From positions 620,001-684,000 of the forward strand of contig CDLV01000006.1 in NCBI GenBank assembly GCA_001244265.2: a DNA stretch of 64,000 nt, in the 5' to 3' direction. The first letter of the stretch is position 1, and each line of letters opens with the position of its first letter. The notes beneath the pieces are model-generated. The model did not search any database. It was given only the letters and a program-made list of their open reading frames with translations, and had not been told where the DNA came from. Positions 51,714 to 64,000 of this stretch are shown one piece after another. Position numbers and translations under genes: made by a program. Origin of the DNA: Microbotryum violaceum. Taxonomy: Eukaryota.

Positions 51714-54700
51714 ATGTATGAAGTCACTTCTATCGACCTCGACAGGTCGCCATCTCTGTCATCGCAGTCCTCGGGCGCATCATCGGTTTCCTCGTCGGCA
51801 CCCATCACCCCTGCTTTCGCCACACTCTCATCGTTCCCTTCGAGCCGCTACCCGCACTCGTCCAAAGCTCACCAAAACTCCATCTCGGCAGCCAAAGATG
51901 CCCTGTCCAATCTCACCAACATTCGCCTCACCGGCCCCTCGGTTAGAGGAACGCCGACGAGTCTCGGCCGAAGCGGGTCGGCCGCCGCCGGCTCCCCTTG
52001 GAGCGCAGGACATCGCGCAACGATGAGTCTCGACACCAAGACGATGCACAAGAGTCCGAGTAGCCGCATGGGGTTGATGGGTCGTAGCGAAGACGAACCG
52101 CTGTCTTCTCAGTCAGGGTTGGGCCGCACCTCGCCAAGTCAGGTCCTCGGCAACGGGACGTCGTCGCCGAGTCAATACTCGTCGACGCGGATGAGCGGAT
52201 CTCCGACACGAACGTCGCCGACATGGATGCCCCTTCCTCACTCACCTGCGTCGCCAACTCGGTCTTTTGATCATATGCAACACTCGCCCGGCAAGGTGAA
52301 CCCTTCGATCTTCTCGACGCGCGCAGAATCCCCTGGTCCCGCCGCCCAGCTGCGCAATGCTTCCCCGGATGCTCTGGGAAGGGTCGGTTCGATCCGAGGG
52401 GCATTCGATGGTTCGGGTTCGATTGCTTCGACTTCAAATTCGCCGAGAGCGTTGGGTCACAGGCGGGCCATGACTCTGCCGCACAATGGCGTGCTCGGGC
52501 CGAACGGCCTCCCTCAAGTAGCGACCGAGCTGATCGGTGCCGGCGAAGTGGCTGGTCAGTTGGGCCGCCCACTTATCCTTACGGGCAGATGAACCCTACT
52601 AACGAGAGACCTTGCAACAAATCCCCTAGGTTTGCCCGGCCGGGTACGACTCTCCCGTCCCGCCCATGCTTCCTCGCCGTTCGCTCCCTCGGCCGTCTTT
52701 TCGTCGTCACACGGCTTGTCACAACAAGCGGGGTCATCTCCTCGCTCTGCGGCGGCCATGTCGCCCTCGATGACCTCGCCCCACTTGTTGTCTCAATCCG
52801 CAAAAGCGATCGACGGCCAGCGCCGCAATCTCGCCCTGTACGAATACCTGTGCCGCGTTCGCGAAACGCAAGAGTGGCTCGAAGCGTGCATCACCACCCG
52901 CCCTGCAGACGCCGGCCCTCTCTGGTCTGGTGACAACGTCAACGAGTTCGAGCAATCGCTTCGCGACGGCTATGCGCTCGCCCACTTAGCGCGCAGTCTC
53001 GGTTCAGACGCTTGCAAAGGACCGATCTACAACGATCCGGTCCGTCATTTCCGCCACACCGCCAACTTGGCCATCTTCTTCCGCTTCATCCACGAGGTCG
53101 AGTTGCCGGACAACTTCCACTTCGAGACCGTTGATTGCTACGATGGCAAGAACTTGCCCAAGGTCATCTACTGCATTCATGCGTTGTCGGCGTGGCTCCA
53201 TCGACGCGGTATCACCGCGGGCATGCAGAGCTTGAACGGTCGGGTCGAGTTCACCGAGGAGGAGTTGGCCCAGGGTGCCAAGGGCCTCGATGGCGTGCGC
53301 ATGCCCAACTTCAGTGGTATTGACAAAGCGCTAAACAAGACCCAGGGCGGACCGCCTCCTGAAACCGAGCGCCAGAGGACGGACCGGCTCCTCGGTGAAC
53401 GAATCGACAATATCTTGGGGCTGCAGGCTCAGGCCCGAGGCGTGCTGGCGAGGAACAAGGCCGAACGGTTGGCACATCAATTGATGGTCGAGGAGAGAAG
53501 ACGACAGGAGGAAGCAGAAGAAGCGGCACGTCGACAGGAGGCTGAGGAGCGACGTCAACGGGAGTGGGAAGCTGCGGAACGACTGAGGATGGAGCGCGAG
53601 GCCGAAGAAGCCGAGCGTCGTCGCATCCGCGCCGAGGAAGAGGCTGAACGTCGACGCGTCCTCGCCGAGGAAGAGGCTGAACGTCGACGCATCGAGGAAG
53701 AAGAGGAGGAAGAACGACGGCACATCGCCGAAGTCAAGGCCGCGGCACCGGCGTTGCTGGCCTTCCAAGCCGTGGCTCGTGGAGTGATTGCTCGTCGCGG
53801 CCTTTTGGATCGGATCCGTCACATGCGCTCGGCCGAGAACTTTGTCGCCGCCGCGCAGGCCCACGCCCGAGGATGGCTCGCTCGTACGGCGTATGCTCGC
53901 CGCAAGCGATTGGTCCAACGCGTCGAAGTCGTGAGGGCGACGAACGCGTTCCAGTCCCATGCTCGCGGGTTGTTGGAACGTCGCAAGCGCGAAACGCAAC
54001 GCCAACAAGTGGGGTTTGTCGCCCCTTGTTTGATAGGTCTGACGGCTCAGGCGCGAGGCTACGTCGGACGCAACAAGTTCCTGGCGTGGCGCGAGCACAT
54101 GTATGCGCATGAAGATTCGGTGATTATCCCCCTGCAAGCGATCTTGCGAGGTGCGCTCGTCCGTCGACGATACGACGACAAGCGCCGACAACTCTATGAT
54201 GCCGACGATAGGGGACTGTTTGCTCGCATGCAAGCGCGCATTCGTTCGGCGAGACAAGAGGATCAGTACCGTCAACTACGCATGGGTACAAATGTCCCCA
54301 TCTCGACGCTCAAAAACTTTATTCGCTTGCTTGACGATTCCGAGTTTGACTATAACGGCGATATGATGGTCGAGGCGTTGCGCAAGGAACTCGTTGCCGC
54401 TATCAAGGAGGCGCAGGACCTCGAGGATGACGTCAAGGATCTCGATACCAAGATCGCTTTGCTCGTCAAGAATAAGATAACGCACGAGGTCGCCCGCGCT
54501 CAGCGCGCCGGCGGTGGGGGTGGCCTGGCGCCGCTGCGCAAAGCGTCCTTGCTCGCTGCAGCCAAAGACCCGTTCGCGACCGACGCGCTCGATCGTTCGA
54601 CCCAACGCAAGCTCGAACTGTACCAGCAGCTATTTTGGCATCTTCAGACGAGCCCCATCTACCTCGCGAGGCTGTTCGCCAATATGCAGCGCCTTGGCCT

Positions 54701-57164
54701 TTCGGACAAGGTCATTCGTGCGATCGAGTCGACTACGTTCGTCATCTTTGGGTATGCGCAGGCGCAAAGGGAAGAGTTTCTATTGCTCAAGTTGTTCCAG
54801 GTGCGTGGGTTGAATTAAGCGATTATTCGTAATCTTGGGCATTTGCTAATCAGAGCTTACCTTGGCTTCTGCAGCGTTCGATCCAAGAAGAGCTTCACTT
54901 CTTGCCCTCGATCGCCGCCTTTGTTCGAGGCCAACCCATCTTTGCTCGCCTATTCCTGCAGTACGGCCGCGGTGCCGCCCAGCGACAATACCTCACGAAT
55001 GCGCTCGGACCGCAAATTCATGAAGTTATGCAACGCGCCGGCCTCGACCTTCGCACGGACCCGATCGAAATCTACAAAGCCAAGCTGAGCGCCGAAGAAG
55101 ACCGCACGGGGGTGCCGCCGGCACGACCGGCGGATGTCGACTACCTTGGTGCGATCTCGGATCGAGACACGCGCGAGGAGTTTGGGAGACGTGAGTGCGG
55201 ATTCAAGCACATGGGGCTTCACGTCGTTACCTCATAATTTGAGGTGCTCTCACTCACAGATCTGGTCGCACTGAGGAGGAATACCGACACATTCTTGCAG
55301 GCTTTCTATGACTCGACCCGTTCGATGCCCTACGGCATTCGCTACGTTGCGCGCGAGGTCCACCAAGCTCTGCACGCTCGCTTTCCCGACGAGCCTGCGC
55401 AAGAACACCTTCGCGTGGCAGGCCATATCGTCTTTTACCGCTTCTTGCAGCCAGCAATCCTCGCTCCCGAGACGTTCGGCATCGTTGAAGGCGTCATGAC
55501 GCCTCGTCAGCGTCAAAACCTGTCTGAGGTCTGCAAGTTGCTGAATCAGATCTCGGTTGGACGACTGTTTGGTGAAGACCAGCCTCACTTGCAACCGATG
55601 AACGACTACATCGGGGCATGCGTTCAGGACTTTTCGCGATGGATCACGGACTGTGCGTTAACTAGGCTACTTGGTGGAGGAGCTTCGCTGACCGCTCTTG
55701 TGATCGCCACCACAGTGATCAACGTCGAAGATGCTGAGCTTCACTTCCATTCCGACGCTTACGTCGACGCGGTTGCGGCTCACCGACCCGTCATCTACAT
55801 CTCGCCCAACGATATCTATTCGACGCATGGTATTATCGCCGAGAATCTAGATGTTGTCGCTCCCGAGCCGCACGATCCGTTGAAGGCCATTATCGAGGAA
55901 CTGGGGGGTGCGCCTGCTTCCAGCACGGGAGAGCTGAATCGAGCGAGGGCCGATACGGTGCCGTTGACGTTGATGACGCGATTGATGACGCAAGAAGGTG
56001 CGTCCACGAGATGCTCTTTGGGTCGCTCGATGCCTCCTTGTGCTCACGCGTTTGCAACACTTTCCCGTTCGCAGATCCTGATGCTCCGTCCAAGGCCCTC
56101 TTCGCGTCCGTCAAACGACGCGTCTGCGCCATGTTGAAGGTCAAATCAGGAACAGACCTCGAACAGCTGCTCACGCAAGAGGTCACGATCGATGATGAGG
56201 ATACTTGGGCTCTGGTCGTGCGAGAGGAGCTCGAGGAGGAGCGCCGACAGGCCCAGCTGCAGAGGCGGCAGATCATCGCCCCATTGGATGACACGAGAAA
56301 GTAAGTGTTGAACGTGACCGGGGGGGAGTGCGCATGGAGCGCATAAAACTGATGAACCTTTCATTATTGAGCAGACTCACCTTCCACCAACTTGTTATGG
56401 CGACTCTACGCGACGTTGTTGCGTTGCGCAGGACGGACGTGATCTCGAGCGAAGACAAGTACCAAGCTATTCTCAACGCCATCGCGTCCGACATCCGCTC
56501 CAAGCATCACCGTCGAGTGCAGCGCGCAAACGAGCTTTCGACGATGCAAGCGACGTTGACCTCGCTGCGGGATAAGAAGCGATACCTGCTTGAGCAGACC
56601 AAGTCGTACCATGTCTACATCGACTCGTCGATGGCTTCGATTCAGAAAAAGACGTAGGTCCTTGACGTCGAAGCGTGCCAGCTGTGGCGAAGACTGATCG
56701 TTTCTCGTCTGCTACTCACAGCAAGAAACGACTCGTCCTACCCTGGTCGAGTCAAGCGAGCCATCAGCGCAACCTCGAACGCGCGGGCAAGTCGTACAAG
56801 TTTGGTTCGCACTTTTACACAGCCCAGAAGCTGTACGACAAGGGTGTGTTGCTGTCGATCGACCAGTACTCGCCGCGCCAGTTCGAGGAGATCTCACTCA
56901 CGCTCAGCTCGAACGAGTTGGGCAAATTTGAGATTGCGGTCTTGTACAAGGATACGACGGTCAAGGCCGTCGAGGTCAAGCTCGAGGATCTGTTGGAGTC
57001 CCAATTCGTGAGTTGACTCGAGTGTGACCTGTTCGCAGGCGTATATTAACCTCATCTCTTGATCCTACCAGGTCGGGAAACAAACGGTCGAGATCGGTGG
57101 TGTGGCCAAGGCGAATTTGGGTATGCTGGTCGACCTGATCAACCACAAGTTCTACGCCTCGTGA
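51714..57164 (+). CDS. IQGAP (Iqg1/Rng2-like); true start may lie further upstream
   Basis: CH domain (YEYLCRVRETQEWLEAC, YDGKNLPKVIYCIHALS), many IQ motifs (LQAQARG), RasGAP-related domain (MPYGIRYVARE, FYRFLQPAILAPE) and RasGAP_C (YTAQKLYDKGVL). Confidence 0.95.
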
Positions 57165-57452
57165 TCTCGACAGATGCCTCTTTTGTAATGATTGAGTGGA
57201 CCCCCCACCTTTGTTTTTCACCTTTACGTTTTAGTCGATTTGTTTTTATCCGCCCATTATCTTCTGTAGACATTGCTTAGACACTTGGTCATAGTCGCCA
57301 TGCAGATACTGTCCATACCCTTGTTTTGGACGCTGGGTTACGTGATTTGACTGGCCATGAGCGGCGTGCGGGCGGCCCCTCTTTTCGCGCTTTCGCTCAG
57401 CTCAGTCTGCTCATCCTCGTCCAGCTTCCCGCTTCCCGCTTCCCGCGTCGTG

Positions 57453-59445
57453 ATGGCGAGCGCCAACAATCTCGTTGCATTGCCACTCAAGAGGACCGAA
57501 GGGGCGAGTTGAATCGAGGCTCTGTGTGAGACGTGGCTGAGCCGCATGAGCTGAGCTGACGGACCAACTTGCTGCTGTCCCATTTGTAGCTGCCGAGCCT
57601 GGCGTCGAGTGTGGTCGAGCACATCGCGTCGACGTCCGACACCACCCACCCGGACGCAATCGACGCCGACGCACGGGTATGGGCGCAACAACGGGCCAGG
57701 ATGGTCACCAAGCTCGACAGTGCCAGTGTAGATGCCGACACGCTCGTACAGCTCTCGGCGTGCGTCGTTCTCTTCGCGCTCCGATGACGTCGTCGGTTTG
57801 TGCGGAGTGCAGCCAGTCGGACTGACGACCGCTTTCCCCATCCCCCCTCCCCCCCTACAGCTATTATGCTCAACTCTCATTCGTTATTACGAAACTGCCG
57901 ATCAGTGTCAGGCCATGATCCCTTGCGCGGTGCTCACCTTGTCTCACCCAGCCGCCGAGCTGAACCATGCTGTGACTCTTTGGCATCTCGGCAGCTCGTC
58001 GAGTTCCACTGGTACCCATTATTTGCGTCATCGACTTCGGCCCCCGTCGTAGGAGCTTTCGACTCGGTGGCATCAGTTCCCATCGCGAGCTTGCACTTTG
58101 AGCGGGTCGCAGTCCTGTACAACATCGCCGCGATTCACTCCATCCTCGCCACCGCGACCAAGCGAATCGACGAAGCGGCGATGAAGAGCAGTATTGCCGG
58201 GTTTCAGGTACGACGACCGACTATGGGTCTCGCGGCCACAATTTGCTGAGCTGAGACTGAGACTGGCCCTGTGTGCCATTCCCACAGAATGCGGCCGGTG
58301 TGCTTTCTCACCTTCTCACTCTTCTCCCCCTTCTCGCCGACGAGGATGACCCAGAGCAAGACCCCATGTCGCCGGACTTTACACCCGAGTCGATCGAGTC
58401 CCTTCGGGATCTCTGTCTTGCTCAAGCCCAAGAAGTATTTTGGCAGAATGGAGTCCTTAGTAATAATAAAAACACGTTCTCGTGTCGTGCTTGAGTTGCC
58501 GTTCGGTCCGCTGAAGAAATGGTCGATGTCGCGCAGGTCGACTCAAAAACGGAACCATCTCAAAATTGGCTGTCCAGGTCTCTCTGCATTACTCTTCGGC
58601 TCTAGCATCGGCGAACGCAGCCAAGGCGAAGCTCAAGGAGACGCAGTGGACGGGGACATGGGCTTTCCCTGATGTGAGTCGAAATCGCGTATCTCCGAGG
58701 AAATGGACCACCGTGGTCATGGTCTGATGCTCCCTAAACATTTGCTCTTCCAGTCGCTCTTGAGCTATATGTCCATCAAGACCGGTCACTTCAATGCTGT
58801 AGCACAGTACCGGAAGAGTATTGACGATCTGGGATCCAACAGGTCTGTAGGAAGCGATGAGAAAGAGCCCTCGATCCATCGCCCCTGACTCAACCATGCT
58901 CCTTCTTGCTTCCCGAACAGATACGGCGACGAAATTGGGCGACTCGAGGTGGCAGACGCTGCCGTAAAGAAGGCATCGACGGTGTCGAAGCGGGGCGTGG
59001 CTGACCCGGTAGTCCGAGATCTCAAAGTGAATGATCGGATCACCTGACCCGAGCAGTCTTTGGGTCGCAGCTGACAACGAATTCACTCACCAGTCCCTAC
59101 AAACCGTTCTCACCGATAACTTGGCTCGAGCGACCAAAGACAACGACCTGATCTACCTCTCCACGCCAACACCTCTATCTTCCCTTCCCCCCATCACACC
59201 CGCCGCCATGGCTAGAGCCACGACGGCTGCAGAAATTGTCTCGCCGCTCGATCATTTGCAAATCGGGAGGTTGGGCAAGCCGTTGTTCGAAGGTCTCGTG
59301 CCTTGGCAGGTCCATGCGGCGGTCAAGGTCTATGAGGATCGAAGGGATACCTTTATTAAGGACGAGGTGTTGGTGAAGAAGGGAGCTTTGGACGCTTTGA
59401 GCACTCGGTACGTTCCATTTCGACGCGCTCTCTCTCTCTCTCCTC

Positions 59446-59539
<94 letters not shown>

Positions 59540-60986
59540 AGCGCTCAAACCCGATTCTTGCGATCTGCCGACATTCTTGTACAGTACTTTGCAAGAACTC
59601 AACCTGCCGGCAGCGATCGATGCCGTCTTGCAACCGACGGCATTGCCAGCTTCGGTCCTGGATCAGTCCCGCGAGGTCAAGACCGAGGGAGGGACGGAGA
59701 AGATAAGGTCGTTGATGCAAGACGTGCGAAGACTGACCAGGGTCAACCAGAAGCTCCTGAACGAGGCTATCGCCCTTCTCTCACAAGAGTCGTTGGAGGA
59801 CGGGCAACTTCAAGCTCAGTACGGCGCTGGTGCGGCGCACCGAGTCGGCTCAGGAGAGGCTCAGGTGGCGCTCAAGACTCGGGCTGACAACCTCGGAGGC
59901 GTCATGGCTGCTGCGGGCCAGAGTGATCAGCTGGTTCGTAGCAAGTTTGGCGAATGGGAGACCAAACTGGAGCTCTTGTGCGGTGACGAGGTAGGCAAGC
60001 TAGAGACCTGGTAAACTCAACCGAATGAACCACTGCTGATCTATTACTGCACGTGGCTCCTGGACACTAGGCTCAGCTTGACGAGTTCGTCCCTCAAGTT
60101 GGCGCCTCGCTGACCTCTGGCATCAAGTCGACGCAATTGACCACGATCCGGCGACTACGGTCTTTGATCGACGATCTCCACGAACTGCGCTCAGCTCGTC
60201 AATCCATCATCGACGATTCGCGACGATTCGTAGACGCCGACACTTCCGTACGGAGCAAAATCGAAAGAGCCGCCAATTCCTTTCTCAAGAAGGGTGCTAG
60301 CTTGTCGATGAGCATGTTTGAAGGGGTCTTCGAGAACGAGTTGGCCAAATTTGATGGGTTGAAGCAGGCGATGGGGCAGAATGGAGCGAGGACAGAGGAT
60401 TTGGTGGGGGATGTCAAGGTGAGTCGCCGAAGAAATTCTAGGGTCTTGCGCCAAAGATTAAGTCCTCGTTGATACTATAATGTAGATCGCCCATGCATCA
60501 TTCGTTGATTCGCGTCGCTCCGATCCGGCTTTGGCGAGAAGGACCCAAGCACTCGAGGACCTTAATGGAGCGTATCACAAATATCGCGAGATCCTGACGA
60601 ACCTTCAAGAAGGGCTTGGGTTTTATACCGACTTGGCTAGACTGTTGACGGAGCTTCGGGATTCGGTCAAGGAGGTAAGACGACCCTTGGGCTTCTCGTG
60701 AGAGCTCAGCAGCTGATCATGGCCTTTCTTCGATTGGGCCTTCCAGTTCACTCAAATCCGATCGGACGAAGCCAGACACATCGAACAGGAGCTCAGAGCG
60801 CACATGATGAATCTCTCGATGCAGAGCGAAACGAAAGATGAGCCGGTCGAGGAGCCGAGGAGGAGGATCAGCCCGCGGAAGAAGACAGTGCCCAAGGCAA
60901 CCCCGTCGAGTCCTGCCCCAGCGGCTGGTGTTGCTGAGCTGCATGGTAAAGCCTGGGATCCTTCGATGGGCATTCGGTTTGGGTAG
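57453..60986 (+). CDS. RIM20: BRO1 + ALIX-V domain protein, PalA/Rim20 type
   Basis: MASANNLVALPLKRT, FHWYP, LHFERVAVLYNIAA, LAQAQEVFWQ, RATKDNDLIY, NLQEGLGFYTDL and C-terminal WDPSMGIRFG typical of PalA. Confidence 0.85.
59428..59534 (+). repeat. (CT)n microsatellite in an intron
   Basis: About 50 CT units with two interruptions. Confidence 0.95.
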
Positions 60987-61171
60987 ATGAAATGAACGGT
61001 TTCATTCTAGGTTTGTATGTTGTAATTTGGATTCAAATTGTCCTGTGTCTCGTGATCCCTCCGTTCTGACATTCGCAAAATGATCGATGTGGGGTTCCAC
61101 CTCTCGCATCGACTCGCTTCGGCTCGGGCTCTCCTTCGCACCTTCACGTGCACAAGCCTGCAATTCCCAGC

Positions 61172-62358
61172 ATGTCGATTCCACCGCCGCCTGTCGATTT
61201 CGCGTACTTGCATGACTCGTTGCAACAGGATGCGGACCTGAGGGAGAAGATCCGGGATGCGGTCAGAGACGTCGAGAGGGAGGAACGGGCGATCCAGGCC
61301 GTGTTGAATCGCGTGCATTCCGTCACCAAGCAGCAGGGTCCGTCTGATATAAAGTGTCATGCACTCGAGCTGTCGTCACTGACCCGTTCTCTCCATTCCT
61401 GGCCCTTTTGCTCCTTGGCAGTCACGGAGCTGCTCACCTCGGCTGCCAGTCTGAGTGCACCCCTGCAATCCTCGATCGCAAAACTGGCATCCCTCATCCC
61501 GACCGACCAATTCTACCGCTACAACGACCAGTTCTCCCGTGCGCTCCAAGTCGCCAGTTTTCTGATCGTGTTCGCTCGCTTCTTGCTTCAAGGCGACGTA
61601 CCGTCCAAGAATGACGTCGAGACTACTCTTGGCAGTAAGCTATGCTCAGCTTCGTTGGTGGCAGCTATTGCACGACCTGGTACTGACCATGGTACTGGTT
61701 CTGGTCGTACTCGCTTCGTGCTCGGTCTTGCTCCGTCCAGTCCAACCCGAATGGAAGGATCATTTTTTCCTCCCGACCGAGGAATACCTGCATTCGCTCA
61801 TCTCGTTGCTCAACGAACTGGTAGGTTTGCAAGTCACATACCTTTCAGCAAGAAATTATTAAATGACAGTATCATTCCCATGCATCCTCCGCAGTCTCGA
61901 CTGGCCGTAAATCGAGTTACGCTCGGCGATTACGAATCCCCCCTTCAATTTTCTCAGTAAGTTCAATCAAGATCTGTGACCCGGATGTATGCTTCGGCTC
62001 ACTCATTCCCACCTGCGTCTTATCTGCACGACCTTCTGTGCTGCTCAGGTTTGCTAAAGAGCTCTCGACTGCCTTCGGACTGCTGAACCTCAAGAACGAC
62101 AGTTTGCGCAAACGCTTCGATTCGATCAAGTACGATCTCAAGAAGCTCGAAGAGGGTCAGCTGCATACTTGACGCGAGAGTATTCTCGTAAAAGAAGCCG
62201 TTTACTTATCAGCTTTTTCATTCCGAGCAGTTGTGTACGATCTCTCCTTACGAGGGCTACTCAAATCGGCGTCGGCATCGGCGCCTACCCTCTCGACTAT
62301 GGACGAAGAGCAAGGACCAACAAAACGAGGGAGGATGGAACTTGCGTCCGAAGGCTAA
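61172..62358 (+). CDS. TSN1: Translin
   Basis: LREKIRDAVR, QFYRYND, EEYLHSLISLLNEL-SRLAVNRVTLGDY and LLNLKNDSLRKRFDSIKYDLKKLEE-VVYDLSLRGL. Confidence 0.93.
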
Positions 62359-62373
62359 AACTGACACCGAACT

Positions 62374-64000
62374 TGTAGTGACAGCATGCTCTCTTGGAGG
62401 TGGTACACGCGTGATGACAATTTGGCATGCACCATGGGTCAGGAAGCCCAGAGCGCCTCCGCAGTGCGCCCGTTGTGAAACCCATTCTAGTCTTCGTAGC
62501 TTAGACTTTGACCTTCTGTGGCATTAAATCTCATCTCATCTCCTCCCATCCGTTGAGAATCGTGTGCAGTGCCGTCAGAACCTCCTGCTCCAAGTGGCGA
62601 TTGCGACAGGCCGCCCTGCAGCGTTTCCCAACCGACCCAAAAACAACAACAAAAACGAAACTCCCTTCACTGCACAATCCACCCACCACGACCCAATTCT
62701 GCCTATAGTTGGCTCCACTCCCGAACTCACAACCCCATCCTCACCCTTCCCGATCACCGTGGCTCCTTCAACGGACCCACAACAAACGCCTCGATCGCCT
62801 TCCTACGTCGCGATCGCACACGTCCACCACCCGCCGAGTTTGGCCTCACCCCGCTCCCTCGCTGCTTCTACAACACTCCCTCCGTCGTTTACACCGACAC
62901 CACCCGCGCTTCGTCCTCGCACCGCGAGACCTACCTTGTCCTTTGGCAACGTAGGGCCCTCACCCTCTGACCGCATACAGAAAAGAAACCCCCTTACAAC
63001 TTTACTCCTCCGTTAGCCACAACTTTGACAGCACCTCCCTCACGATCACCGCTCATTCTACCGCCCACCAACGCCGCTCAGGGCACGCCCCCCCCCTGCC
63101 CCCCTCCCCTCCCCCACGACCTCCTCCCCAACCTCCTCCCCAACCTCCTCGGGCTCAACGACATCTACAATCCGCCAAACCCCGCCCCACCTACACCTCC
63201 AACAGGCAAATCGCCCTCCGACCCACGACCAGGCACGTGCACCTCGTGCTTTTCTCGTGCCGCGACTCTCTACCCAGACAGTTGCCCTACCTTCTGCCCT
63301 GATCGTAGCCCCGTTACCCACACCTGGTACCCTCCTCGTGCAGCGGCCCCTTCCCCAACCCACGACTTGGACCCCGTGCTTCCTTGCAAAGGCAGACCAT
63401 GTTACCCAGATGCGAGCGGACTACAATGCCATTGAGGATCTGTCCGATGAAGCGGCCCTCTGACCTCTTGCAATTCTGTCGATCACCTTGGCGCACCTAT
63501 TGATTGGAGCCAATGTGGTCGAAGATGATCTGGAAGCGGCGACCCGGGCGCTTTGGGACAAGAGGACCGACCCGGTGACGGAGCTCAGGATCAACTACGC
63601 TCAGTTAATGGGCATAGCCATGGGACTCCCTCTACAGCGCAACGCACCTAACGCACCAGTTTGACAGGGTGGCACCGACCCCACCACACTCTGGTGCCAG
63701 CAGACCCGAGTGGATGCGGCTCGCAACCAGGGTTTGAGCAAACTCGGAGCTAACTCCTCCGACGGCCTCGACACACTGGTCAAGCTGATGGAAATGTGGC
63801 ATGTTAGCACAGACCCATCCTTGTTCGAACCAAAAAAACGATTCCCGATTTCCCGGAGCCTCTCAACGTCCTGGCAATGTTCAAGTTGAAGGTAGCCAGT
63901 GGCGCCAATGAGCGTGCCAGGGGGTTGCTCAAACAGTTGATTGCTTGCAACCCTGATTGGGGGTGGGCTGAATTTGTTGCATGGGCAGAGAGCACGACCA
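62374..64000 (+). mobile_element. Probable LTR retrotransposon 5' end: LTR ~62374-62592, PBS 62595-62610
   Basis: TGTAG...CTCCA-bounded ~220-bp segment containing ATTAAA. It is followed 2 nt later by TGG-C-GATTGCG-ACAGG, shaped like the complement of a tRNA 3' end, then a leader and a decayed ORF. Confidence 0.55.
63025..64000 (+). pseudogene. Decayed gag-like ORF
   Basis: Pro-rich start, then a long reading interrupted by TGA at 63461 and 63662 and a frameshift at the A7 run (63832-63838), ending WGWAEFVAWAES (resembles the gag 'W.EF' motif). Confidence 0.5.

Noticed and set aside
59175..59720. Poly-(Arg-Glu) ORFs on the minus strand
   Set aside because: Translation of the intronic (CT)n microsatellite.

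Overview
Gene-dense, intron-rich eukaryotic (fungal) DNA. The intron style, gene set and TE types point to a basidiomycete of Pucciniomycotina/Microbotryomycetes, plausibly Microbotryum-like; this is inference, not verified. About 23 spliced genes are supported: a small secreted Cys-rich protein, a polysaccharide-lyase-like protein, three F-box-like proteins, a DHA1 MFS transporter, PI31, RidA, Tat-SF1/Cus2, a WD40-cyclophilin, an epoxide hydrolase, a SAM+HMG protein, an acid-sphingomyelinase-like enzyme, an AN1 zinc finger, an O-fucosyltransferase-like protein, a divergent H4/H3 pair, IQGAP, PalA/Rim20, translin and two hypotheticals. TE debris lies at both ends: a decayed Helitron on the left and a probable LTR retrotransposon on the right. 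The most notable observations are: (i) a ~1.8 kb fold-back with ~250-bp, ~96% identical inverted arms, no TSD, and a third diverged copy 20 kb away; (ii) a RidA gene that appears to need a 3-nt microexon and has an 11-nt exon behind a CGG rather than YAG acceptor; (iii) a strongly enriched YTAGGT motif in the H3/H4 promoter and an H4 start codon split by an intron; (iv) 12-13-bp tandem arrays in promoters, two of which share a TCGGCTC core upstream of spliceosomal genes. CDS spans run start to stop including introns. Exon boundaries were read by eye. No database searches were run, and no wholly new multi-gene system could be established.
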